From: Anaeromyxobacteraceae bacterium
Lineage (GTDB): Bacteria > Myxococcota > Myxococcia > Myxococcales > Anaeromyxobacteraceae
Reading direction: 5' to 3'
NCBI GenBank assembly: GCA_047602405.1
Contig: JASGHJ010000002.1
Location: 1,696,001 to 1,760,000 of the forward strand
Length of the DNA stretch: 64,000 bases
Shown here one piece after another: positions 43,055 through 56,331 of the stretch. The notes beneath the pieces were generated by a model that saw only the letters and a program-made list of their open reading frames with translations, was not told the origin of the DNA and ran no database searches. The position numbers were made by a program, and so were the translations under genes. Within the stretch, counting starts at the first letter, position 1; every line of letters starts with the position of its first letter.

Positions 43055-44896
43055 TCAGCGCGCGGCGGCGACGCGCGCGGCGCTGCGGGAGAACGCGGTC
43101 ACCGCCCGGGCGATGCCGGACGCCACCTCGTCCTGGTAGCGGGCCGAGGCGAGGCGCCGCTCCTCCTCGCGGTTCGAGATGAACCCGGTCTCCACGAGCA
43201 CCGCCGGCATGCGGGCGCCGAGGAGCACGTAGAAGAGCGCGCTCTTCACGCCGAGGTCGCGCACGTCGCCCACCCGGGCCCTGACCCCGGCGGTGACCTC
43301 CTGCTGGACGAGCGTCGCGAGGCGGCGGGAGCTCAGGGCGGAGGCCTTCGCGTCGAGGTCGGTGAGGATCCGGGCGGCCTGCTCGTCGCCCTCCCCGAGG
43401 TCGAGGCCGTTCTCGCGCTCGGCGAGGCGGGCGGCGTAACGGTCCGCCGCCACGTTCAGGAAGTAGGTCTCCACGCCGTCGCGGTTGCGGCGCGGGTGCG
43501 CGTTCGCGTGGACCGACACGAAGATGTCCCCGCCCGCGGTGTTGGCGAGCGCCGTGCGCTCCTCGAGCGCGAGGGTGCGGTCCTCGTCGCGGGTGAGCAC
43601 CACCTCGAAGCCGGCGCCCCGGAGCTTCGCCGCGAGCTTCTTCGCGATCGCGAGCGTCACGTCCTTCTCGCGCACCCTCCCCGGCCCGATGGCGCCGGGA
43701 TCGCGGCCGCCGTGCCCGGCGTCGACGACGATGCGGCGGACCTCGCCTGGCCCCTGCGGCGGACGGGCGGCGGGCGCCTCGGGCGGAGGCGGCGGGAGCG
43801 GCAGCGGGGGCTCGCGCGCGGGCGCCTCGGCGACCGGCACGTCCGCCGGGGCGGGGCGAGGCTCCGGCGAGCCCACGTCGACGATGAGCCGCGGCGGATC
43901 CTGGAGGGTGAAGAGGTGGAGGCCCTCGGTGCCGGGCAGGTCGAGCACCACGCGCACCGTGTCGGCGGCGTTCTGCGCGGCGCGCACGCGGTCCACCTGC
44001 CTGCCCTCGACCTCGGCGCCCTTCGAGAGCGACGGGTCGAGCTCGGCCGGGCGAAAGTCGAGGGCGAGCCGGCGCGGCTGGCCCGGCGAGGCGGGCAGCT
44101 CGAGCTTCTGCCAGCCCACCCAGTGAGAGAGGTAGATGGCGACGCGGGTGTAGTCGCGGGACGACCAGCTCTTCACCTCGGTGACGCGCGCGGGCTCCCT
44201 CGACTCCGCCCCGCCCTGCAGGGCGGGGCCACGCTCGGGATGGTCGGCCGCGGTGGCCTGGAGATCGGCCAGCGCGGCCGCGAGCGCGGGGTCGGTCGGG
44301 GTCTCGGCCTCGGCGCGGTCGGACTCCGGCTCGTCGGCGTCGTCGGGCTCCTCGACGGGCGCCGCGGGCTTCGCGTGGGCGGGGGCCTTCGGCGCCGCCT
44401 TCACCGCGGGCTTCGAGGCGACGGCCGGCGCGCGGCGCGGAGGCTCGGGCTTCTCGTCGTCGCCCGCCTCGCGGCGGATGGCGGCGGCCAGCGCCGGCGC
44501 CTTCGCGGAGCCCTTCTTCGCGGCCTTCGCGGCGAGCGAGAGCGCGGCGTCGCGGTCGGCGTCGTTCGCGGACCAGCGGAAGAGCGCGTAGCGCGCGCGG
44601 GCGGCCTCGAGCAGGGCCTCGGCCGCGTCGCGGCCGCCGTTCGCGCGCGCGGAGCGCTCGAGGTTGGTGATCGCGCGGTCCCAGTGGTGGCGGAAGCGGC
44701 GCTTCGAGCGGTCGCGCTGGAGCGCGGTCATCGCGGCCTTCGCCTCCGCGAGCGTCGGCGGGCGAGACGAGGACGGGCGCACCGCCTTCTTGCCCGGCCG
44801 CGCCGCGGCAGGCGCACCGCGCGTGACGCGAGGCGCCGCGCTCACCACTTCGGGCGAGAGCAGGACCAGCGCGAGGATCGCCGGCGCGGCACGCAT
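43055..44896 (-). CDS. amiC: N-acetylmuramoyl-L-alanine amidase (AMIN plus Amidase_3)
   Basis: VDAGHGG.DPGA, EKD, SVHANA, LVETGFISN. Confidence 0.9.
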   Translation of the reverse strand: MRAAPAILALVLLSPEVVSAAPRVTRGAPAAARPGKKAVRPSSSRPPTLAEAKAAMTALQRDRSKRRFRHHWDRAITNLERSARANGGRDAAEALLEAARARYALFRWSANDADRDAALSLAAKAAKKGSAKAPALAAAIRREAGDDEKPEPPRRAPAVASKPAVKAAPKAPAHAKPAAPVEEPDDADEPESDRAEAETPTDPALAAALADLQATAADHPERGPALQGGAESREPARVTEVKSWSSRDYTRVAIYLSHWVGWQKLELPASPGQPRRLALDFRPAELDPSLSKGAEVEGRQVDRVRAAQNAADTVRVVLDLPGTEGLHLFTLQDPPRLIVDVGSPEPRPAPADVPVAEAPAREPPLPLPPPPPEAPAARPPQGPGEVRRIVVDAGHGGRDPGAIGPGRVREKDVTLAIAKKLAAKLRGAGFEVVLTRDEDRTLALEERTALANTAGGDIFVSVHANAHPRRNRDGVETYFLNVAADRYAARLAERENGLDLGEGDEQAARILTDLDAKASALSSRRLATLVQQEVTAGVRARVGDVRDLGVKSALFYVLLGARMPAVLVETGFISNREEERRLASARYQDEVASGIARAVTAFSRSAARVAAAR

Positions 44897-45143
44897 GCGA
44901 AATCGACCGTGCCCTGCCGGTGCCGAGGCGTCCACTTTTCAGCGGAGGCGCCCCCGGGCGAACGCACCGTGCGCGAGTGCGTCATGGCGTCGCACCAAAC
45001 GAGCTTTTCGAGACCGTTTCGCAACAAGAACCCAGCTAACTCACTGGGCAAATTCGATGTACCCGGTTGAATATCGAGTATGCTCCCGCGTCTTACGAAA
45101 CACAGGGCGGATGGTCCGCCCCCTCGCACGCAGGAGCACGCAA

Positions 45144-45417
45144 GTGACCAAGTACATCGTCGGTCTGATCGCCGCCTTCGCCTTCTCCGTCGCTTACGCG
45201 GAGGCCCCGGCCTCCGTGAAGCTCACCGCCAAGAACGGCGACGTCACCTTCGAGCACGCCAAGCACAAGGCGCTCGACTGCACGAAGTGCCACGCCGACG
45301 CCAAGGGCGGCAAGATTCGAGCTCAACAAGGACAAGGCGCACGGCCTCTGCCTCGAGTGCCACAAGGGCGGCGGCAAGGGCCCCACGAAGTGCAACGACT
45401 GCCACAAGAAGGCGTAA
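45144..45417 (+). CDS. Triheme cytochrome c7 (PpcA-like), apparent frameshift at 45314-45318
   Basis: Signal peptide, GDVTFEH..H, CTKCH; after correction AH..CLECH and GPTKCNDCH; AGGAG RBS. Confidence 0.85.
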
Positions 45418-45444
45418 CTTCCTTCGAGTAGGCTGAAGTGTGCG

Positions 45445-45469
45445 AGGGGGCCGGGCGACCGGCCCCTTT
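45445..45469 (+). terminator. Intrinsic terminator between c7 and mutS
   Basis: GGGGCCGG-GCGA-CCGGCCCC-TTT. Confidence 0.7.
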
Positions 45470-45470
45470 G

Positions 45471-48129
<2,659 letters not shown>

Positions 48130-48170
48130 GGGAGCCGATGCTTGTATCACGTGCTAGAGTCCCGGCGCTC

Positions 48171-49857
48171 ATGCTCGAGCGCGCGTTCCAGGACCTCAAC
48201 CGACTCCGTCAGATCACCGCGACCGTGGCGAAGCACGGCTTCGGCGCGTACCTGGAGCGCTCGCGGCTGAAGGACATGCTCGGCAAGGACGGCGTCCCGC
48301 CCGCCGAGGGCGGCCCGCTGCCCGAGCCGGACCGCCGCACCGCCGCGCGGTTCCGGACCCTGCTCACCGACCTCGGCCCGACCTTCATCAAGTTCGGCCA
48401 GATCCTCTCCACCCGCCCGGACCTCCTCCCCGCCCACTGGATTCGAGGAGCTCGAGGGGCTGCAGGACGACTGCCCGCCCTCCCCGTTTCCTCAGATCCG
48501 CGCCGTCATCGAGGAGGGGCTCGGGCACCCGCTCGCGGAGCTCTTCGCGTGGGTCGAGGAGGAGCCGCTCGCGAGCGCGTCCATCGCCCAGGTCCACCGC
48601 GCCCGGACGCACGCCGGCGAGGACGTGGTGGTGAAGGTGCAGCACCCGCGGATCCAGGAGAACATCGACAGCGACCTCGCGCTGCTGCACTACCTCGCGA
48701 AGGTGCTCGAGGCGGTCGTCGAGGAGGTCGGCGTCTACACGCCCTCCGACGTCATCGCCGAGTTCGACCGCACCGTGCACGAGGAGCTCGACTTCTCGAA
48801 CGAGGCGCGGAACGCGCGGGCGATGCGCGACGCCTCGGTCGGGCGCGACTTCCTCGTCATCCCGAAGGTGCTCGGCGACCTCACCTGCCCGACGGTGCTC
48901 ACGCTCGAGCGCGTCGAGGGCCGCCACCTCTCCGACGTCGCGAACGCGCCCGACGGCCTCGACCTCGAGGCCATCGCCCGCAACCTCATCGAGGCCGCCT
49001 TCCGGCAGCTCTTCGAGGACGGCCTCTTCCACGGCGACCCCCACCCCGGGAACATCCTCGTCCTCCCCGGCAACCGGATCGCGCTCCTCGACTTCGGCCT
49101 GGTGGGCCGCCTCTCGCGCCAGCAGCAGGAGGCGCTCGTCACGCTCATCGTCGCGGTCGCGCTGCGGGACCCGGAGAGCGTCGCGCGGATGCTGAACCGC
49201 ATCGGCATGCCCGACACGCACGGGCCGATCGGCGAGTTCAAGGAGGAGATCCGCGGGCTGCTCGACCGGTACCTCGGCCTGAAGCTCGACGAGATCAGGA
49301 GCGCCACCCTCGCGCGGGACCTCCTCGACCTCGCGGTGCGCCACAAGATCAAGGTGCCGAAGGAGTACGCGGTGCTCGGCAAGGCCGCGATGACGATCGA
49401 GGGAATCGTCCGGCGGATTTACCCGAAGCTCGACATCCTCGAGGTCGGGATGCCGTACGCGAAGGAGCTGCTGCTGGCGCGGTTCAACCCGTCCGACACG
49501 AGCGGCCTCCTCATGAAGTCGCTCCTGAAGTTCCAGGGGCTCGCCGAGGACGTCCCCGGGCAGCTCAGCCAGATCCTGCTCGACCTCGAGAGCGGCAAGT
49601 TCCGCGTGCACGTGCAGCCCGAGGCCATCGACCGGCTCGGCGCGCACCTCAGGAGCGTCGGGATCACGCTGTTCCTGGGCCTCCTCGCCGCGTCGCTCGC
49701 GGGCGCCGGGATCGTCGCGATGGCGCTGCACGCGCCGGGCGTCGTCGGACCGGCGGCGGTGGCGGGCGCGGCGATCCTCTCGGGCGTCGCGACCCTGCAT
49801 CACCTCGCGCCGACGAAGCTGCCGAAGATCTCGGTGCGGAAGTTCCTGGGGAAGTAG
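48171..49857 (+). CDS. ABC1/UbiB family atypical kinase (apparent frameshift at 48440-48444)
   Basis: LGPTFIKFGQ, ASASIAQVH, VVKVQ, ELDF, FHGDPHPGN, DFG. Confidence 0.9.
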
Positions 49858-49864
49858 CGGCGCG

Positions 49865-50474
49865 TCAGCGTGCCTCGAAGGCGAACGCCTCGTCGCGGGT
49901 GACGCGGGTGTACCGGGTGACGTGAACCCGGTTGAAGAGGCAGGAGGTCCTTCGAGCTCGGCCAGGCCCGCCACACGATGACGTCCCGGCGCGCATGAAA
50001 CGGGAAGACAATGTCGTAGGTGCCGGGCGCAGGCGGCTGGTCGTACCAGTTCGGCGCGGCCTGCCAGGAGCCTCCCACGGTCCCGTCGAGATCCCGTAGG
50101 AGCACGGCAAACGAGCGCGACGGGCCCGTCCCGAAGGCGAGCCTCCAGGTCTCATCGATTCGGAGGATCTCGTCGCCTTCCGGCGCCTCGTGCGAGATGT
50201 AGTAGCCGGAGACGGGCTCCAGGAGCCTTCCGACGACGACCATTGGGAGCACGACCCCGGCGAGCGCCCCGACCATCGCGAAGGGAACGGCTTGCAGTAC
50301 CCCGAACCGCGAGCCTCGGAGCGCGAGCGAGGGCGCGACGATCGCCACGAGCAGCGCGAGGATCCACTGCCCGTCGTCCGGCACGAGCGGCATGAACCGC
50401 AGCACGAGCGGCATGAGGCACGCGCCGGCGAAGATCGTCCACCAGAGCGGTTTCAGCGAGAAGCGGCGGAGCAC
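49865..50474 (-). CDS. Hypothetical membrane protein (3' end uncertain, 49800 or 49865)
   Basis: Three hydrophobic segments; atypical codon usage; a possible frameshift near 49945 would avoid overlap with the ABC1 gene. Confidence 0.4.
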
Positions 50475-50674
50475 GACGCGATTCTACTTCCAGCGAACGG
50501 CAAGAGTGAGTCTCAAAGGCTCCCGCTGGAGGGAGTTGGCGCACTTGCGGGGGCTTCCTCGACCCAGGCACCCGGACGGATTCGTCGCCACGAACGAACC
50601 TGCCCGAGCACCCGCGGCGCGGATCCGGTCACTTATCCAGGTGCACGGTCAGCGCTCGGCCCTATGCTCTCCCG

Positions 50675-51475
50675 GTGACACCCGCTCCTCCTCGCTACTC
50701 GGAGCTCCCGCCGCCCCCCGCGCTCGCGCGCTGGGTGGCGAGCGTCTGGGAGCTTCGCGGCGTGGCCGCAGCAGGCGGCGAGCGGCACCGCGTCCTCCCG
50801 GACGGCTGCATCGACCTCATGTTCACGCCGGACCGGCCCTCGGCGACCCAGCTCGTGGGGCCCATGTCCACGGCGGTCGAGGTGCCACTCGAGGGCGAGG
50901 TCGACGTGCTCGGGCTGCGCCTCCGGCCCGGCGGGCACGTGCTGCTCGGCGCGCTCGACGCGCGGGCGCTCGTGGACCTCATGGTCGAGCCGGCGGCTCA
51001 GGGCACCCTCCTCCGCGACCGCGCGCTCGCGCTCGCGCGCGGGATCGAGACGCGGCCCTCGCTCGCAGAGCGTGCGTCCCGGATCTGGGCCGCGCTCTTG
51101 CCGCTTGCCTCCACGGCGCCGCCGCCCGACCCGCTCCTCGAGCACGCGCTCCGGCGCTGGAGCCGGGAGCCTGCGACCGTCCGCGAGCTCGTGCGCGACT
51201 CCGGCTACACCGAGCGCACGCTCGAGCGCCGTTTCCTCGCGGCCGCGGGGTTCCGCCCGGCCGAGCTCCGCCGCCTCGCCCGCTTCCGCGCCGTCCTCCG
51301 CCGGCACGCGGCCGGTGATACGCGCTGGGCTGCGCTCGCCGCCGCGGCCGGCTACGCGGACCAGGCGCACCTCACCCGCGAGTTCCGCAGCTTCGCCGGG
51401 GTGTCACCCTCCGCCTGGGCCGCCGAGCAGGCCGGTGTCGGGATCGTTCAAGACGGGCGGGTCGCGGCGCTCTAG
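50675..51475 (+). CDS. AraC family regulator (DUF6597-type)
   Basis: VLPDGCIDL; GYADQAHLTREFR..G.SP. Confidence 0.88.
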   Translation: MTPAPPRYSELPPPPALARWVASVWELRGVAAAGGERHRVLPDGCIDLMFTPDRPSATQLVGPMSTAVEVPLEGEVDVLGLRLRPGGHVLLGALDARALVDLMVEPAAQGTLLRDRALALARGIETRPSLAERASRIWAALLPLASTAPPPDPLLEHALRRWSREPATVRELVRDSGYTERTLERRFLAAAGFRPAELRRLARFRAVLRRHAAGDTRWAALAAAAGYADQAHLTREFRSFAGVSPSAWAAEQAGVGIVQDGRVAAL

Positions 51476-51505
51476 GCTGCCTCCCACCACACACCGGAGG
51501 CCACC

Positions 51506-51910
51506 ATGTCCGTCACGCTCAAGAAGTCGACCCCCGTCCTCGTCGTCGAGCGCATCGAGCCCGCGCTCGCGTTCTGGAAGAAGCTCGGCGTCGAGAAGGT
51601 CGTCGACGTGTCCGAGGGCGATCACATGGGCTTCGCGATCCTCGCGGGCCAGGGCATCGAGGTCATGTACCAGACGTCCGAGAGCGTGAACTCGGACCTC
51701 GTCGCGTCGTCCGCGACGCGCGGCGCCTTCAAGCAGGCACCGCAGCAGGGCTACCTGTTCCTCGAGGTCGCGAGCATCCAGGAGGTCGCAAAGGCCCTCG
51801 CGGACGAGAAGCTCATCCTGCCGCTCAGGAAGACGTCGTACGGCGCGACCGAGCTCGGGTACCTCGACCGCGCGGGCAACGTGATCGTGCTCGCGGAGAT
51901 GGCGGGGTAG
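51506..51910 (+). CDS. VOC/glyoxalase family protein
   Basis: PVLVV..IE..LAFW; YGATE...DRAGN; GGAGG RBS. Confidence 0.8.
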   Translation: MSVTLKKSTPVLVVERIEPALAFWKKLGVEKVVDVSEGDHMGFAILAGQGIEVMYQTSESVNSDLVASSATRGAFKQAPQQGYLFLEVASIQEVAKALADEKLILPLRKTSYGATELGYLDRAGNVIVLAEMAG

Positions 51911-51916
51911 CGCGGG

Positions 51917-52843
51917 TCAGGGCGAGCCGCGCGCAGACGTCTGCGCGGGTTCCCCCGCGCACGCGAGCGCCGCGACGGTCCCGAGCCAGCCGAGGTCGAT
52001 CGCCGCGGTGACGACCGTCGCGAGCACGCCCATCATCAGGCTCGGGCCGGCGAGCACGAGCGGGTTCGCGTGCGGCGCGAAGCCGGTCGCGATGCCGGAG
52101 AAGCCCTGCACGGTCGAGGGCGCGATGACGCCGGCGAGGCCGAACCCGAGCACGGCCAGGATGAAGGTTCCAGGCCGGGCCAGGAACCGCCGCGTGGCGC
52201 CGGCGAAGGCCTGGCCGGGCGCCTCGCCGCGGAGCGCGGCGCGGGCCACGCCGGCGTCGCTCCAGCCGGAGAGCGCGAGCGGGACCGCGACGGCGAGGAC
52301 GAGGGCCACCGCGGTCGCGAAGGCGAGCAGCGCGGCGCCGCCCGCCCCGGCGGCGTGGCCGGAGATGCGGAGCGCGGCGATGACGAGCACGGCCGCGAAG
52401 CCGGTGCCGGTGAGGTCCGCCACGAAGCCGAGGGCGGCGGCGGGGAGCACCCGGGCGAAGCCGAACGCGGCGCCGGTCGCGAAGCGCGGCCCGGGCGTGC
52501 CGGCCATCTCCCCGGCGAGCTGCGGAAAGGCGCCCGCGAGGAAGGCGACGCGGAGCGCGCCGCGGGCGGCGAGGGAGGTCAGCCAGAGGCCGCCCACGAG
52601 GAGGACGAAGCGCGCCGAGGTGAGCATCGCGAGCGCGCCGCCGATCGGGGCGCCGGGAACGAACGGGCGCGCCCGCAGCGCGTGGAGTGCGGCCTCGGCC
52701 ACGAGCGCGGAGCCGACCGCGACGACCGGCCAGGCGAGCGCGCGGGAGAGGAGCGCCACGCCGAGGCCTCCCGCGATGAGCGCAGGGGAGCGGGACACTG
52801 CCCGGAACGACATGCCCATCGCGCGGAAGAGGGTCGGAGGCAC
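51917..52843 (-). CDS. Hypothetical multi-pass membrane protein
   Basis: Long hydrophobic ORF with typical codon usage. Confidence 0.6.
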   Translation of the reverse strand: MPPTLFRAMGMSFRAVSRSPALIAGGLGVALLSRALAWPVVAVGSALVAEAALHALRARPFVPGAPIGGALAMLTSARFVLLVGGLWLTSLAARGALRVAFLAGAFPQLAGEMAGTPGPRFATGAAFGFARVLPAAALGFVADLTGTGFAAVLVIAALRISGHAAGAGGAALLAFATAVALVLAVAVPLALSGWSDAGVARAALRGEAPGQAFAGATRRFLARPGTFILAVLGFGLAGVIAPSTVQGFSGIATGFAPHANPLVLAGPSLMMGVLATVVTAAIDLGWLGTVAALACAGEPAQTSARGSP

Positions 52844-52934
52844 GGCCGGACCGTAGCGGCCCACCACCCGGCCGGCAAGCACTCTCCCCGTGAACACGTC
52901 CCGGTGAGGGGCCCTGCGGGCGCCCGCTTGCCTT

Positions 52935-52966
52935 CTGAACGCCCCCACAGTATACCCCTGTTCAGG
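52935..52966 (+). promoter_or_regulatory. Tandem Myxococcus-type LexA boxes
   Basis: GTATACCCCTGTTCAGG matches CTRHAMRYBYGTTCAGS at 15/17; a second, weaker inverted box starts CTGAAC at 52935. Confidence 0.75.
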
Positions 52967-52977
52967 AGACCGCGCCC

Positions 52978-53672
52978 ATGAACGCCCTTACCGATCGGCA
53001 GCTCGAGGTGCTGCGCTTCATTGCCCAGCAGATCGAGGAATGCGGCTACCCCCCACCATCCGCGAGATCGGTGAGGCCCTGGACATCCGTTCGACGAACG
53101 GCGTGAACGACCACCTGAAGGCGCTCGAGCGGAAGGGCTTCCTCTCGCGCGACCCGGTGAAGTCCCGCGCGCTCATCCCCACCCCGCAGGCCCGGGAGAT
53201 CCTCGGCGCCGACGCCCGCCGCCACTCGAACGTCGTCCCGTTCGTTAAGCCGGGGTCGAAGGCCGCGGCGCAGAGCCGGCTCGTCGAGATCCCGATCGTC
53301 GGCCGCGTCGCCGCGGGCCAGCCGATCCTCGCCCAGGAGCGCATCGAGGACACGGTCCAGGTCGACAGCTTTCTCCTGGGCACCAACAAGAAGGTGTACG
53401 GCCTGCGCGTGCAGGGCGACTCGATGATCGGCGACGGCATCCTGCCGGGCGACTACGTCTTCGTGAAGAAGCAGCTCCACGCGACCGACGGCGAGATCGT
53501 GGTGGCCATGATCGACGAGGAGGCCACCGTGAAGCGGGTCTTCTTCGAGGGTGACCGCGTGCGGTTCCAGCCGTCCAACCCGCGCATGGCGCCCATCTAC
53601 GTGCGGGAGTCCGACTTCCGCTCGACGATGATCCTCGGGGTCGTCGTGGGCGTGTACCGCAAGCTCCAGTAG
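52978..53672 (+). CDS. lexA: SOS repressor LexA (1-nt loss in C-run ~53049-53054)
   Basis: LTDRQ.EVL..I, PPTIREI, VAAG cleavage site, GDSM, TVK. Confidence 0.94.
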
Positions 53673-53787
53673 CGCGCGCCCGCGCTCGCCGCGGAACCCA
53701 GGGCGGGCTTCCCGCCAGGGTCGGCTTACCTCCCCCCACCCACGGCCCTATCTTGCGCCGGGACCGGGATCCGGGGGGATCAACGCG

Positions 53788-54018
53788 ATGACGAAGCCGA
53801 ACGGCCGCCTCGAGGCGGCCCGACTCGCCTACCGCGAGGCGCTTGAAGCCGCGCGCGCGAAGCCTTCACAGGAGGCGTGGGCACGCCTGCTGGCGGCCGG
53901 GAGGGAGCTCTCGGTGGCCGAGCAGCCGCCGCCGCGCTCGAGGCGCCGCCGCCAGCCCGAGCGGCCAGCCGAGCCTGTCGAGGTCGAGCCGGAGGCTGAG
54001 CTGGATCCGGCGGAGTAG
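53788..54018 (+). CDS. Small hypothetical protein
   Basis: 76-aa ORF with GGGGA RBS-like sequence. Confidence 0.5.
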   Translation: MTKPNGRLEAARLAYREALEAARAKPSQEAWARLLAAGRELSVAEQPPPRSRRRRQPERPAEPVEVEPEAELDPAE

Positions 54019-54073
54019 CGTCCCTCGTCCTTCGGGCCGCTGCGCGGCCCTACGCTCCGGACGAACGGACGGG
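54019..54073 (+). repeat. REP-like palindromic element, copy 1
   Basis: CGTCCCTCGTC..GGGCCGC-TGC-GCGGCCC-TACGCTC-CGGACG. Confidence 0.65.
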
Positions 54074-54079
54074 ACACCG

Positions 54080-55396
54080 TCAGCCGCGCGTCTTCGCCTG
54101 CCGGACGTAGCGGTCGAGGTCCTCGCGGTCGATCAGCGAGAGGATCTCGATCTCGTTCTGGCGATCGCCGGTGCGGCGGTAGAGGAGCCGCACGTCGGTC
54201 GCGACCCGCACGCGGTAGTACCCGGGCAGCCCCTCGAGCGCGAGGGCCCGGAGGCTCGGGTGGCGGTGGTCCTGCGCGAGCAGGTAGGCCTGCTTGAACG
54301 CGGCGCGCTGGATGCGACGGTCCCAGCCCTGCAGCGAGTCGTAGAACTCGCGCGAGAAGATCGGCAGGAGGAACGTCGCGGGGACCTCCTCGACCTCGTC
54401 CCCGGCGGCCTCGACGGGCGCGGCCGGCGCGGCGTGCTCGGACTCTGCCCGGCCCCGCGCCTCGGCGGCCGCGAGGCGGCCCTCGAGCTCGCGCTCCCGC
54501 TCGGCCGCGCGCGCGAGCAGGGCCTCCGCGCGCTCGGCGCGGACCTCCTGCTCCTTCGCGGCGGCGCGGGCGCGCGCGGCCTCGGCGGAGGCGTCGGTCG
54601 CCCTCGCGGCGGCGAGCGCGGCCTCGGCCTCGCCGCGGGCCCTCGCGGCGGCGACGGCCGCCTCGCGGGCGCGGGCGGCCTCCTCGACCGCCTGGGCCTC
54701 GCGGGCGCGGGCCTCCTTCAGCCACTCGTTCAGCTTCTCTCGCTGCTCCTCGCCCTTCTTGCGCTGCGACTCGACGCGGGCCTTCCACTCCTCGACCTGC
54801 TTCTCGAGCGCGACGACCTTGCCGGAGAGGTCCGGGCCCCGGGGGCCCGCCGGCTCCGCGGGGGCGGCGGCCTTCGCGCCCTCCGGCAGCGGCCCGTAGT
54901 GCTCCTTCACGAGCGCGTCGAGCAACGGCGCGGCGCGCTCACGGACCGCCGGGTCCGGATCCGCGAGCAGGCGCCAGAGCGCGAGCGTGAGCCCGTGGTC
55001 GGAGTCTCCCGTGACGAGGAGGTCCTCCGCGGCGGCGGGGTGGAGCGGCACGTCCACGAGCGGCGGCGCGCCGAACGCCTTCTGGAGGAGCTCGATCACG
55101 CGCCGGCGCGCCGGTGGCGCGGCGCGGATCTCGTCGGCGAGCACGTCGCACCGCTCGACGTCCCCGAGGGCGTCCGGGCGGAAGCCGGGCACGGTCAGGC
55201 CCAGCTCCTTCACGAGCGCGCGCGACTCGTCCGGCGTGAGGGCGACGAAGATGAAGACGGAGAGCTGGTCGCGGGTGAGCGCCTCGAGCGGCGCGTCGCC
55301 CTTCGGGTCGGGCAGCGCGCGCGGCGGCGCCGCCGCGGGAGCCTTCTTCCGGGGCGCGCGGGGCTTCTTCGGGGGCGTGGCGGGCTTCTTCGCCAC
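54080..55396 (-). CDS. Coiled-coil protein with C-terminal RelE/ParE-like domain
   Basis: Long A/E/R coiled coil; FSREF...HPSL...YYRVRV..DVRLLY. Confidence 0.7.
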   Translation of the reverse strand: MAKKPATPPKKPRAPRKKAPAAAPPRALPDPKGDAPLEALTRDQLSVFIFVALTPDESRALVKELGLTVPGFRPDALGDVERCDVLADEIRAAPPARRRVIELLQKAFGAPPLVDVPLHPAAAEDLLVTGDSDHGLTLALWRLLADPDPAVRERAAPLLDALVKEHYGPLPEGAKAAAPAEPAGPRGPDLSGKVVALEKQVEEWKARVESQRKKGEEQREKLNEWLKEARAREAQAVEEAARAREAAVAAARARGEAEAALAAARATDASAEAARARAAAKEQEVRAERAEALLARAAERERELEGRLAAAEARGRAESEHAAPAAPVEAAGDEVEEVPATFLLPIFSREFYDSLQGWDRRIQRAAFKQAYLLAQDHRHPSLRALALEGLPGYYRVRVATDVRLLYRRTGDRQNEIEILSLIDREDLDRYVRQAKTRG

Positions 55397-55398
55397 CG

Positions 55399-56327
55399 TC
55401 AGCGCTTCGGCTTCGCGCCGGGCTCCGGCTCGACCGTGCGGATCTCGCCCTGGAACGCGGTGCCGGGCGGCAGCTTCCACGTCTCCGGGATCGGCAGCGT
55501 GAGCTCGAAGGGCGACGGGTGACCGACGCCGGTCGCGCCACGCACCTCGGCGAGGAGCTCGATCTTCACGGTCGCGGCCTCGCGCGGGAGGAGCTCATCG
55601 ACCAGGTGCCGAACAGCGCGCCGGGCGGGAAGTCCTCCACGAAGCGCTCCGGGTCGACGAGCTTCTGGTACGGCTCGCCGCCGCCGGACATCTCGCCGAA
55701 CGGCTTGCCCTTCTCGTCGAAGAGCTTGAACGCGAGCGAGCGGAGCGCCACCGGCACCTGCGTGCGGGTGACCGCGCCCTCGCGCTTCTCCTCGCGCTCC
55801 TGGTACCGCGGCGCGCCCCAGAGGGCGAAGTCGATGCGCAGCCCCGGCCCCCCCTGCGGAGACGGGCCCGCGTCGACCGCGACGAGGTCGAGCCGGAGCG
55901 AGCCCGCGGTCGCCGACGCCACCGGCGCGTAGGTGCCCTTCTCGAGGAGGGCCCAGCGCCCCTGCGCGTACCTGAGGAAGTCCTCGAACTGCGCCTTCTC
56001 GTCCGGCTTGAACGGCGCCCTGCGCTCCGCCTCGGCGGCCTCGACGGGCGAGGCGCGCGGCGGCTCGTCCGGGTGGCGGTTCTTCACGCCCTGCAGCCGG
56101 TCGACGTACCAGCGCGACAGCGCGAGCACCTCGTCGCGCCACTCGGCGCCGCGGTCGGGCGGCAGCATGCGCAGCGCGCCCGCACGCTCGGAGAACTCCC
56201 GCTTCAGCCGCGAGCGCTCGAGCCGCGCCTCGTAGGCGTCGGCCGCCGAGCGCTGGCGCCCGAGCAGCACGATCACCACGACGAGCGCGAGCCCCACCGG
56301 CAGCGCCACCGCGAGCAGCCTCTTCAT
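55399..56327 (-). CDS. Hypothetical membrane-anchored protein (apparent 1-nt loss at ~55597)
   Basis: N-terminal TM; frames join as WSIELLPRE if GATC is restored. Confidence 0.6.
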
Positions 56328-56331
56328 GGGA

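Noticed and set aside
45030..45125. GEMM-I (cyclic dinucleotide) riboswitch upstream of the c7 cytochrome
   Set aside because: GGCAAA plus a stem is present, but there is no GNRA tetraloop and no GACGCAAA-type continuation; an Rfam scan would settle it
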